The notes below the pieces were generated by a model that was not told where the DNA came from, made no database searches, and was given only the letters and a program-made list of their open reading frames with translations. Made by a program: the position numbers and the translations under genes. 40,238 nt of DNA, from the NCBI GenBank assembly GCA_030641665.1, contig DAOWHA010000053.1, positions 1 to 40,238 on the forward strand, in the 5' to 3' direction. Below are positions 9,684 to 17,842 of this stretch, in pieces. The first letter of the stretch is position 1; each line of letters begins with the position of its first letter. This stretch comes from a bacterium. GTDB taxonomy: Bacteria; Patescibacteriota; Patescibacteriia; JAACEG01.

Positions 9684-9920
9684 ATGGGAATTTTTTTAGA
9701 GAAATCAAAACTAAACAGCAAGGACATTCGCGAGACATTGCGAAAAATTGACAGTTTAGATTATAAGCAGCGAGAAGTGTTTGAAGAGATATGCGAAAAA
9801 TACGATTATAACGGAGTTAACGAATTTGAGTTTGCCAAAATATTGAGAGAGATTAAAAAAGATCGCGTTGAATTGGGATTTTCCAAAATTGACATTAGAA
9901 ATATAGAAAACGCGTTTTAG
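9684..9920 (+). CDS. Small hypothetical protein
   Basis: 78-aa ORF co-oriented with neighbours, with tight spacing and a TTTATG start context. Confidence 0.7.
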   Translation: MGIFLEKSKLNSKDIRETLRKIDSLDYKQREVFEEICEKYDYNGVNEFEFAKILREIKKDRVELGFSKIDIRNIENAF

Positions 9921-9939
9921 TATTTTATAAATAAAATAT

Positions 9940-11235
9940 ATGCAGATAGATTTATTCGCCAGCGCGATTAAGCAGTTGGAGAAAACAGCTAAACTTATAA
10001 ATTTAGATAAAAATATTTTAGAAATTCTAAAAGAGCCGAAAAAAATTTTAGAAGCGTCAATTCCGATTAAAATGGATAGTGGAGAAATAAAAGTTTTTAA
10101 AGGATTCCGAGTTCAGTATAACGACGCATTAGGTCCGTTTAAGGGCGGGATAAGATATTTTTTAGAAGTCAATGTTTCAGAAGTAAAAGCGCTTGCGGCA
10201 TGGATGACATGGAAGTGCGCCGTTGCAGGAATTCCTCTTGGCGGAGGAAAAGGAGGAGTTATTGTTGATGCTAAAAAACTCTCAAAGAGCGAGTTGGAAA
10301 AGTTGTCTCGCGGCTATATTCAGTCGTTTGCGGATTTTATCGGCCCGCAAAAAGATATTCCCGCGCCTGATATGTACACCACGCCGCAAATTATGGCGTG
10401 GATGATGGATGAATTCAGTAGAATTAAAGGGTATAATGTTCCCGGAGTTGTAACTGGCAAGCCGCTGGAAGTCGGGGGAATAAAAGGGAGAAACTATTCT
10501 ACATCGCAGGGCGGAATTTTTATTTTAGAAAAAGCGCTGGAAAAATTAAAAATAGGCAAAAGCGCCAAAATTGCCATTCAAGGATTTGGCAACGCAGGAT
10601 CTTATGCCGCTGAAATGCTTGAAAATATGGGATATAAAATTATAGCTGTTTCAGATTCAAAAGGAGGGATAACATTGAGTCAAAAGTCTGTAAAGTCCAT
10701 AAAGTCAAAAGTCAATAAAGTCGAAAGTCAAAAGTTGGATTGTTTGGATATTAGTAAAATAATTAAATTTAAGAGAGAGACTGGGTCTGTGGTTGGATTT
10801 AACGAAGCTGAAACGATAAGCAATGAGGAGCTGTTAGAGATTGATGCTGATGTTTTAATTCCAGCGGCTCTGGAGAATGTAATCACTAAAAAAAACGCGG
10901 ATAAAATAAAAGCGAAACTGATTATTGAATTGGCGAACGGACCTGTTTCGCCTGAAGCGGATAAAATTTTAGAAGAAAAAGGGATCGTTGTAATTCCGGA
11001 CATTTTAGCAAATGCTGGCGGCGTGATAGTGAGTTATTTTGAGTTAGCGCAAAATTTGCAGAATTATTATTGGACGGAAAAAGAGAATATTGAAAAATTA
11101 AAAATAATAATAGAAAGCGCTTTTGATAAAATCTGGGCGAAAAAGCTTGAATTAAACATCAGCGCGCGAATGGCTGCTTATGCTATCGCGGTTGAGCGAG
11201 TCGCCGTGGCTGAAAAGTTAAGAAGAGGTTTGTGA
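9940..11235 (+). CDS. gdhA: Glu/Leu/Phe/Val (glutamate) dehydrogenase
   Basis: GPFKGGIRY, GGGKGG, DIPAPD, QGFGNAG, ELANGP, PDILANAGGV. Confidence 0.95.
   Translation: MQIDLFASAIKQLEKTAKLINLDKNILEILKEPKKILEASIPIKMDSGEIKVFKGFRVQYNDALGPFKGGIRYFLEVNVSEVKALAAWMTWKCAVAGIPLGGGKGGVIVDAKKLSKSELEKLSRGYIQSFADFIGPQKDIPAPDMYTTPQIMAWMMDEFSRIKGYNVPGVVTGKPLEVGGIKGRNYSTSQGGIFILEKALEKLKIGKSAKIAIQGFGNAGSYAAEMLENMGYKIIAVSDSKGGITLSQKSVKSIKSKVNKVESQKLDCLDISKIIKFKRETGSVVGFNEAETISNEELLEIDADVLIPAALENVITKKNADKIKAKLIIELANGPVSPEADKILEEKGIVVIPDILANAGGVIVSYFELAQNLQNYYWTEKENIEKLKIIIESAFDKIWAKKLELNISARMAAYAIAVERVAVAEKLRRGL
10677..10736 (+). repeat. In-frame AAAGTC micro-repeat tract inside gdhA
   Basis: GAGTC-AAAAGTC-TGTAAAGTC-CATAAAGTC-AAAAGTC-AATAAAGTC-GAAAGTC-AAAAGTT, encoding SQKSVKSIKSKVNKVESQKL. 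Confidence 0.85.
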
Positions 11236-11334
11236 TTTGAGATAAATATTGTTATAATAATTTATTAAATTTTTAATGAATTCAGCGATGAATAATTTTT
11301 TATTGTTCTCGTTAAATTCAACCAAGTCGAATTT

Positions 11335-13992
11335 ATGAATACAAAACGAAGGTTTAAAAAAATAATGAAAATTAGCATTGCGCTGGTTTGCGCAGGACTT
11401 ATTTTGGGTTTGTATTTTTTTACTCCTGCGATTACCGCAAAATCGGTTTTTAAAACCTTGGTTTTTAATAAAAGAATAAATACGGAGCAGGATTTTGCGA
11501 AAGGGTGGCTTAATAATCTTATGCTTCAAAAAAAAGCTGGCGGCGTTGAAATAAGTTCATCAAACGGTAAAAGCGGAGAGTATATATCGCCAGTAGTTCA
11601 AGCTTCTTTTAAGGCAACTCATATTGGCTTGCACTGGGAAGAAGAATTGACCGATGGAGCATTGATTACGGTTTATTTAAGGACCAGTTATGACGGTAAG
11701 AATTTTGGCGAGTGGATAAAGACAACAGCGGAAAGAGATATGGGAAGAGACGGAATGGATGCAGAGGAAACATTCGCGGCGCTTGTGGGAATAGGAAAAG
11801 CGGATTTTGTCCAAGCAAAGATAGAGTTTATTCAGGGAAAAGGAATTTCTCCAAAAATAAAATCGCTGACTTTTACTTTTCTTAACTCAGAAGATGAGAG
11901 CGAAACCGCTAAAAAATTAAGTTTTATTCCGCGCAGTGTTGCTTCCGATATTGGAACGGTAAAAACTTCTCCCAATGGACAGAGTATTAATGTCATTAGT
12001 CGCGAAGATTGGGGCGCAGACGAAAGTTACAGAAATGCGGGAGATGGAAGTGAAGAATGGCCTCGTTCTTATCATGGCACGCGAAAATTGGTTATACATC
12101 ACACAGCAGACTCAGGTTCAAATGGTGTAACAAATTTGGAAACCAACAAAGCCACTGTCCGCAGTATTTATTACTATCACGCGGTTACTCAAGGCTGGGG
12201 TGATATCGGATACAACGCTTTGGTTGACGGCGATGGAAATATTTATGAAGGGCGATATGGAACGCACGGTGAAGCTCATACTCGTATCAATCCTTCCGCG
12301 GATCAGATAATGGAATTGGATGTGGATGCGGGACATGTCTCAAGCTACAACAGCGGTAGTTTTGGTGTTTCAGCTATGGGGAATTTTACCAGTTTTGATG
12401 TACAAACCAATCAGTTGATAGCAATAAAAGAAGTTTTAGCTTTTGTCGCCGATAGCAGGGGAATAGACGCGGATGGTAATAGTGATTTTCGCCGTTATGA
12501 TGGCGCTTGGCATTACGACTTAAACAACATAATGACACACAGAGATGTGGGACAAACAACTTGCCCCGGAGATAGCTTGTACGGTGAGGTTGAAGGGATT
12601 AAAACCCATATTAATAATCTGATGCTTCTAAATATTGTTAATTTTTTCGCTATATCCAATTTAGTGACCGGAGATATCGGCGGTGATAATATTGGGCATA
12701 GCGCAATTTTGTTTGAATGGGATTCTTTTAGCGGCGCCACTCAATATGAGTATATGTTAGAAAAAGTGTTAGGAGGAACAGGAATAGATATGCTTGAAGA
12801 TTGGAAAGTCGCTTGGTTTAATTCCGAAAATTCAAATATTGCAACCACTTCTAACACAAGCGTTTCGTTCGGAGCCGAAGCACTGGAAGAGGGGGGACAT
12901 TATGTTTTTTATGTAAGAGCGCTTGACGGAAATGGCGCGCTTGTTTCATCTGTCTCACATGTTAATTTTATAAAAGACGAGAACACTATTATAGATAATT
13001 TGACTAGTCGTTATACAAATTTTGTCGGCGATTGGCGCAGCAGTACTAATGTGTCCGGTTTTTATGCTCAAGATTATCAACCAAATCAGGCGGGGAATGG
13101 GAGTGATGTTTTTGAATGGACGCCAAATATTTTTAAAGATGGATACTACGATATTTTTGTAATGTATTCTGCGGCATCTGATAGATACCGAAGCGTGCCG
13201 TACACTATATTTTATCAAGACGAAAACGGTGAAGATATCCAAGAAACAGTTGCGGTAAACCAAAAAACAGATGGCGGCGCGTGGGTTCTTCTCGGCAATT
13301 ATTATTTTGAAAGAGGCGGCGCGTCCAAAGTGCGGCTTTCCGATAATATTCGGCGGGGGTATGTGATTGCAGATGCGGTAAAGTTTGCATTTGATAGACC
13401 GGCAGGCGTTCCGATAAACCAGCCGCCTATTGCTGATGCTGGCGCAGATCAGAATGTTCTGATAAACACCGAGGTATTATTTGACGGAAGCGGGTCAATC
13501 GATGATGGCGCGATTGTAAGTTACGATTGGGATTTTGGCGACGGGGCAACGGGCAGTGGCGTCACGTCAACTAATATTTATAACGCAATAGGCGAATATA
13601 CCGCGACACTTACTGTAACCGACGACAAAAATCTTATTGGCTCAGATTCAGTAATAATTACTGTTTCAGAAGAGATTGCGGAACTTAATATGTCAGTGGC
13701 AAGTATTGGTATGGAATTGAAAAATAGAGGCGTATTTATTTCTGCAACCGCATTGATAACTATCGTTGATACCAATGGTTATTTTGTGAGCGACGCAACT
13801 GTGTCTGGTTCGTGGAGCGGACTTACTAACGACGACGATTCAGCGGTAACAGATAACAGCGGTCAGGCAACTGTGGTTTCAGATTGGGTAAAAAACGCAA
13901 GTGGCGCATATACTTTTACTATTGATAATGTGGTTAAAAATGGATGGACCTATAATCCTACAATAAAAAGCGGTTCCATTGAAGCAGAATAA
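11335..13992 (+). CDS. Secreted/anchored N-acetylmuramoyl-L-alanine amidase (Amidase_2/PGRP-like) with golvesin-like beta domain, PKD domain and C-terminal Ig-like domain
   Basis: N-terminal hydrophobic helix; ISREDWGADES, LVIHHTA, GWGDIGYNALV, HRDV..TTCPG; VNQKTDGGAWVLLGNYYF...IADAVKF; NQPPIADAG...YDWDFGDG...LTVTD (PKD). Confidence 0.9.
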   Translation: MNTKRRFKKIMKISIALVCAGLILGLYFFTPAITAKSVFKTLVFNKRINTEQDFAKGWLNNLMLQKKAGGVEISSSNGKSGEYISPVVQASFKATHIGLHWEEELTDGALITVYLRTSYDGKNFGEWIKTTAERDMGRDGMDAEETFAALVGIGKADFVQAKIEFIQGKGISPKIKSLTFTFLNSEDESETAKKLSFIPRSVASDIGTVKTSPNGQSINVISREDWGADESYRNAGDGSEEWPRSYHGTRKLVIHHTADSGSNGVTNLETNKATVRSIYYYHAVTQGWGDIGYNALVDGDGNIYEGRYGTHGEAHTRINPSADQIMELDVDAGHVSSYNSGSFGVSAMGNFTSFDVQTNQLIAIKEVLAFVADSRGIDADGNSDFRRYDGAWHYDLNNIMTHRDVGQTTCPGDSLYGEVEGIKTHINNLMLLNIVNFFAISNLVTGDIGGDNIGHSAILFEWDSFSGATQYEYMLEKVLGGTGIDMLEDWKVAWFNSENSNIATTSNTSVSFGAEALEEGGHYVFYVRALDGNGALVSSVSHVNFIKDENTIIDNLTSRYTNFVGDWRSSTNVSGFYAQDYQPNQAGNGSDVFEWTPNIFKDGYYDIFVMYSAASDRYRSVPYTIFYQDENGEDIQETVAVNQKTDGGAWVLLGNYYFERGGASKVRLSDNIRRGYVIADAVKFAFDRPAGVPINQPPIADAGADQNVLINTEVLFDGSGSIDDGAIVSYDWDFGDGATGSGVTSTNIYNAIGEYTATLTVTDDKNLIGSDSVIITVSEEIAELNMSVASIGMELKNRGVFISATALITIVDTNGYFVSDATVSGSWSGLTNDDDSAVTDNSGQATVVSDWVKNASGAYTFTIDNVVKNGWTYNPTIKSGSIEAE

Positions 13993-14030
13993 CAGCAAAA
14001 TTAAAAGATAGAAATTCAGGATTTTTATTT

Positions 14031-14067
14031 AAAAAAACAGACCTTATTTATAGCGGCCTGTTTTTTT
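14031..14067. terminator. Probable terminator after the amidase gene
   Basis: AAAAAAACAGACC...GGCCTGTTTTTTT inverted repeat with one mismatch and A/T tails. Confidence 0.6.
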
Positions 14068-14142
14068 AATATGAGTTTTAATATTGCATATTTATTAAAA
14101 AAAGATAAAATAATAATAAATATAAGAATAAATATAAAAATT

Positions 14143-14760
14143 ATGCAAGATATTTTAATTTTTGACTATGACGGAGTTTTTGTTGATTCAATGGATGTTG
14201 TGCTTAAAATATATAACAATTTATGTTTTGAGAATAATTTAGAGGAATTATCTGGCGAAGAAAATTTTAAGGATATGTTTGATGATAATTTTTTTAAGTC
14301 TATGGCAAGATTAGGCGTTTCTGAGCAAAAGATAAATATATGCATTGATGGGTTTGAAAAACAAGCCTTAAAACAAAGAAGCGAAATCAAGTTATTTAGC
14401 GGAATTAGGCCGATGCTTGATAGATTGTCAAAAAAATACAAAATGATTATTGTTACCTCAAGTTCAAGTTCAATAATTATAGATTTTTTAAAAGTTAACA
14501 ATATTCAGCATATTGATAAAATCGTCGGAGTTGAAAAAGAAAAAAGCAAGATTAAAAAAATTTTATCAGTAAAAGATGATTATCCGTCAAGCCAAATATA
14601 TTATATAGGCGACACAAAAGGAGATATGATTGAAGGCAGAGAGGCTGGCTCCATAACAATAGCAGCGACTTGGGGTTATCACAGCAGGGAGAGGCTAAAA
14701 ACAGCAAAGCCAGATTATATTGTTGACGCTCCAATGGAGATAGTTAGCATATTAGTCTGA
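14143..14760 (+). CDS. HAD-family hydrolase (phosphoglycolate phosphatase-like)
   Basis: IFDYDGV motif I, VTS motif II, YIGDTKGD motif IV, ATWGYH. Likely start is ATG 14143 rather than 14071. Confidence 0.9.
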   Translation: MQDILIFDYDGVFVDSMDVVLKIYNNLCFENNLEELSGEENFKDMFDDNFFKSMARLGVSEQKINICIDGFEKQALKQRSEIKLFSGIRPMLDRLSKKYKMIIVTSSSSSIIIDFLKVNNIQHIDKIVGVEKEKSKIKKILSVKDDYPSSQIYYIGDTKGDMIEGREAGSITIAATWGYHSRERLKTAKPDYIVDAPMEIVSILV

Positions 14761-14777
14761 TTTTTTAATATAATTTT

Positions 14778-15215
14778 ATGTATAAATCAATTATCACAAC
14801 ATTTTTTATTTTAATCGCGAATTTTTTATTTATTCTTTGCCTGTTTTTTGTTCCGACAGTTTTTCAAATTTTCAGAGGGTCTGAAGTTTTTTTAATTCCT
14901 TTTGCTGTTTTTTTTCTATTAGGTTTAGCTTTAACGATTTTAGTTTTTAAAAGCGAAATTAAAGGAAAGTTAAAAAAATTTTTACTTCTAACGGGAATTT
15001 CTGCGTTCGGAATGTTCGTTGCCATCTTGCTGCATAATCTGATTTACGGACTTTTTATCTATATTTTTGGCGATAATATTTGGGACAGAATCGGAACAAG
15101 CGATGAACCAATTTTCTTTTTTATAGCGATTATTTTTTGTCCGCTCGGATTTTTAATCGGCGCGATTGGAAGTATTGTGATTTTAATCAGAGAAAAACAG
15201 AAAAGTAAAAAATAA
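14778..15215 (+). CDS. Small 4-TM membrane protein of unknown function
   Basis: Four hydrophobic segments; LHNLIYG and EPIFF segments. Confidence 0.75.
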   Translation: MYKSIITTFFILIANFLFILCLFFVPTVFQIFRGSEVFLIPFAVFFLLGLALTILVFKSEIKGKLKKFLLLTGISAFGMFVAILLHNLIYGLFIYIFGDNIWDRIGTSDEPIFFFIAIIFCPLGFLIGAIGSIVILIREKQKSKK

Positions 15216-15250
15216 TATTTAATTATTAATTTTGGCATTTTTAAAACCCC

Positions 15251-15409
15251 TGTCTTTGCGAGGAGCTGAACGAGTGAAACGAGTGAAGCGCGACGAAGCA
15301 ATCCCATTACTAAGCATATAAATCTTTACTTTGCACAGTTTATACTGATATTAACGAGATTACTTCGTCGCTCTCTCTCACTGCGTTCGTTCGGCTCCTC
15401 GCAAAGACA
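15251..15409. repeat. Fold-back palindromic element family A, copy 1 (REP/RPE-like)
   Basis: Termini TGTCTTTGCGAGGAGC / GCTCCTCGCAAAGACA; inner stem CGACGAAGCAATC / GATTACTTCGTCG; homologous to 24257-24397 and 30109-30285. Confidence 0.9.
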
Positions 15410-15426
15410 AGTCTATTAGCCATATT

Positions 15427-16161
15427 ATGAATAATAAAACAAAAAAGCGTATCTTGATGACAATTATAATTTTAGCATCAGCATGTATAATATTCACTGC
15501 CTTGTTTTTATTATTAAATATAAAAGATAAATTTATGCCAAATAATAAGACAAATTACGAGGCAAAAATAATAAAACTGCCAGATCCTAAGTACGACAGC
15601 GAAACCTCGGTTGAAGAAGCTTTATTAGGGAGAAGATCTGTTAGGCGCTATAGCGGAGAGCCGATAACTTTTTTTGAAGTATCGCAGCTTCTTTGGGCGG
15701 CGCAGGGAATTACGGACAAGGCAAGAGGATTTAGAACAACTCCATCCGCTGGAGCTCTTTATCCGCTTGAGGTTTATATTGTTGCGGGAAATATAAACGG
15801 TCTTCAAGACGGGGTTTATAAGTATGAGGTTCAAGAACATAAGCTGAGGAGAATTACAGAAGGAGATAAACGGGACGAATTATGCGATGCCGCTCTTCGC
15901 CAATCTTCAGTTAAAGACGCCGCGGCAATTATAGCGTTTTCCGCGGTTTATGAGCGGACAACTGGCAGATACGGAGAAAAAGGCGTAAGATACGCAAATA
16001 TGGAAGCCGGACATGCCGCTCAAAATGTTTATTTGCAAGCAGTCTCCCTTAATTTAGGAACAGTAGTGATCGGGGCTTTTGACAGTGAAGAAGTGAAAAA
16101 GATTTTGAATATGCCGGAAGAGGAAAACCCTTTATATCTAATGCCTGTCGGACGGAAATAA
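15427..16161 (+). CDS. SagB/ThcOx-family nitroreductase-fold protein with N-terminal TM anchor
   Basis: RRSVRRY, LLWAAQGIT, RTTPSAGALYPLEVY, MEAGHAAQNVYLQA, IGAFD. Confidence 0.92.
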   Translation: MNNKTKKRILMTIIILASACIIFTALFLLLNIKDKFMPNNKTNYEAKIIKLPDPKYDSETSVEEALLGRRSVRRYSGEPITFFEVSQLLWAAQGITDKARGFRTTPSAGALYPLEVYIVAGNINGLQDGVYKYEVQEHKLRRITEGDKRDELCDAALRQSSVKDAAAIIAFSAVYERTTGRYGEKGVRYANMEAGHAAQNVYLQAVSLNLGTVVIGAFDSEEVKKILNMPEEENPLYLMPVGRK

Positions 16162-16207
16162 GTTTAGCGCTGGAATACAAACTAATAAAATTGGCTCAGA
16201 ATGATAT

Positions 16208-16387
16208 TAGACTTGTTGCGTAATAACTTTTTACTGCAATTTCCATATTTTGATCAATTTTTCTAAAAATTTTAACGCCTATATATTTGTAGTGACGGGT
16301 TTCAAACCCGTCACTACGAAAAATTTTTAAAAAATTTGCCTCAAAATCTGAAAATTTCGTCGCAAAAGTTATTACGCAACAAGTCTA
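16208..16387. repeat. MITE-like 180-bp fold-back element (family B) with a central GTAG-type REP palindrome
   Basis: Perfect 24-bp terminal IR TAGACTTGTTGCGTAATAACTTTT; imperfectly pairing arms; core GTAGTGACGGGTTT-C-AAACCCGTCACTAC at 16289-16317. Confidence 0.88.
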
Positions 16388-16409
16388 TTAAAAAACTGTT
16401 TGGGTAAAG

Positions 16410-16438
16410 TTGATTTTCGGCGGCGGGAGTGGTAAAAT
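16410..16438 (+). promoter_or_regulatory. Sigma70 promoter upstream of the methylase stub / PLD-wH operon
   Basis: TTGATT-N17-TAAAAT with an extended -10 TG. Confidence 0.5.
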
Positions 16439-16471
16439 GAAGATAAAAAAAATGATGTAAATTTAAAAATT

Positions 16472-16726
16472 ATGGCAGCAAAAAATAAAATTTTAAGCAA
16501 TATAAAAAACAAGCCTTATTTTACAAAGGACAATTTTGTTTTATATAAAAGCGATTGTTTAAAAATTTTAGAGCAGATCCCGGAGAATTCAATCGATATG
16601 ATTTTCGCGGATCCGCCTTATTTTTTGTCGTCAGGGACTTTTAGCTGCCAAAATGGAAAAATGGTGAGCGTTAAAAAAGCCGATTGGGATTTAAGCAATG
16701 GGTTGAAAAAAGATTTTGATTTTTAA
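16472..16726 (+). pseudogene. 5' stub of a DpnA (M2.DpnII)-like beta-class adenine DNA methyltransferase
   Basis: DCLKIL..IPENSIDMIFADPPYFLSSG....GKMVSVKKADWD matches my recollection of DpnA (DMIFADPPYFLSNGG...VVSVDKGDWD). It stops at 84 aa with no TRD or SAM-binding (DPFxG) motif. Confidence 0.85.
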
Positions 16727-16749
16727 TATAAAATATTAATAATTTAATT

Positions 16750-17502
16750 ATGCAAATAATAAAAACTCCGTGGGAAGATGTGTTTATAAAATTAGTTAAA
16801 AATTCTAAAGAAAAAATTTATTTGTCTTCACCTTTTATAAAAGAAAATGTGGCTAAATTAATTTTGGACAATAAGCAAGATAATATTGATTGTAAAATTT
16901 TAACTAGGTTTACTTTACCAAACATTAGAGGAGGAGGGCTGGATTTATCTGCCATAAAATATTTTCAAAATGCAAATTTTTCTCAAAAAAATATATCTAA
17001 TTTGCATGCAAAAATTTTTATTTTTGATAACATGGCGATAATCACATCTTCAAATCTTACAAATGGCGGTTTAAGAAATAATTTAGAATATGGGGTTTTA
17101 CTAGATAATGTTAGGGAAATTGAAAAAGACTTTTTAAATTATTATAATGATGAAAATTATAATTTTATACAAGATAAACATATAAATAAAGTAAATGAAT
17201 TTTTAAAAAGTTTACCTCCTATTCATAAAAAGTTAAAATTTAAAAGTCTCGATGATAATCAGATATTTTCAGAAGATATAAAGTTGATAAAAAACAAACT
17301 TACAAAAGGGAATTTAAGAGTTTTTGAAAGTATAGAAAAGATTGGTAAAGAAATTTTTATATCCAAAGATATTTATAAATTCAAAGATAAGTTTTTCGGA
17401 AAAACACCAGAAAATACAATTAGAAGAAATTTACAAGAATTACGAGATATTGGACTATTAGAATTTACAGAACGCGGTAAATACAAAAAATTATGGAATT
17501 AA
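16750..17502 (+). CDS. PLD-family nuclease fused to a DpnI-like C-terminal winged helix (candidate m6A-dependent type IV restriction enzyme)
   Basis: LSSPFI and LHAKIFIFD...ITSSNLT...NLEYG (single HKD motif); C-terminal TPENTIRRNLQELRDIGLLEFTERGKY resembles the DpnI wH (IRQQLQ.LRD.G..EF..RG.Y). Confidence 0.82.
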   Translation: MQIIKTPWEDVFIKLVKNSKEKIYLSSPFIKENVAKLILDNKQDNIDCKILTRFTLPNIRGGGLDLSAIKYFQNANFSQKNISNLHAKIFIFDNMAIITSSNLTNGGLRNNLEYGVLLDNVREIEKDFLNYYNDENYNFIQDKHINKVNEFLKSLPPIHKKLKFKSLDDNQIFSEDIKLIKNKLTKGNLRVFESIEKIGKEIFISKDIYKFKDKFFGKTPENTIRRNLQELRDIGLLEFTERGKYKKLWN

Positions 17503-17675
17503 AAAAATTTATTGAAAAATTAGAAAAAATAGCAAAAAAACATGGGAACGACGCAAAAGTTGTAATGGCTGATAATATTCCAGTAGTTAATCCTATTTTT
17601 GTCAAAAAAAATTATTTTAATAAGAGGGTTGTAGTTATAACAGACGAAGAATCAGAGGAAGAACAAAGAGATTGA
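17493..17675 (+). CDS. Small hypothetical protein (60 aa)
   Basis: Overlaps the PLD-wH stop; its 5' end is duplicated at 20191-20234. Confidence 0.6.
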   Translation: MELKKFIEKLEKIAKKHGNDAKVVMADNIPVVNPIFVKKNYFNKRVVVITDEESEEEQRD

Positions 17676-17829
17676 AATAGGATACATTTATATTTTGGAT
17701 GATTGGTTTAAAGATTCTAAATACAAAGATGTTTTAGATTATGTCATTTTAATAAACGGCTGTTCCTATTATTTTAATTATTTGCCACTGCAAAAAATAG
17801 GATTGCCAGTGCCTGAAAATAAAAATTAA
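17671..17829 (+). pseudogene. 3' stub (52 codons) of a probable restriction endonuclease gene
   Basis: Start-less frame IEIGYIYILDDWFKDSKYKDVLDYVILINGCSYYFNYLPLQKIGLPVPENKN*. It resembles the C-terminus of a PD-(D/E)xK-type family that I recall next to Dam/DpnA-type methylases; not verified by search. Confidence 0.6.
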
Positions 17830-17842
17830 CAAAATATTTTTT

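Noticed and set aside
15427-16161. Azole-containing RiPP cluster suggested by the SagB/ThcOx protein
   Set aside because: No YcaO, precursor peptide or transporter nearby; stand-alone members are common.
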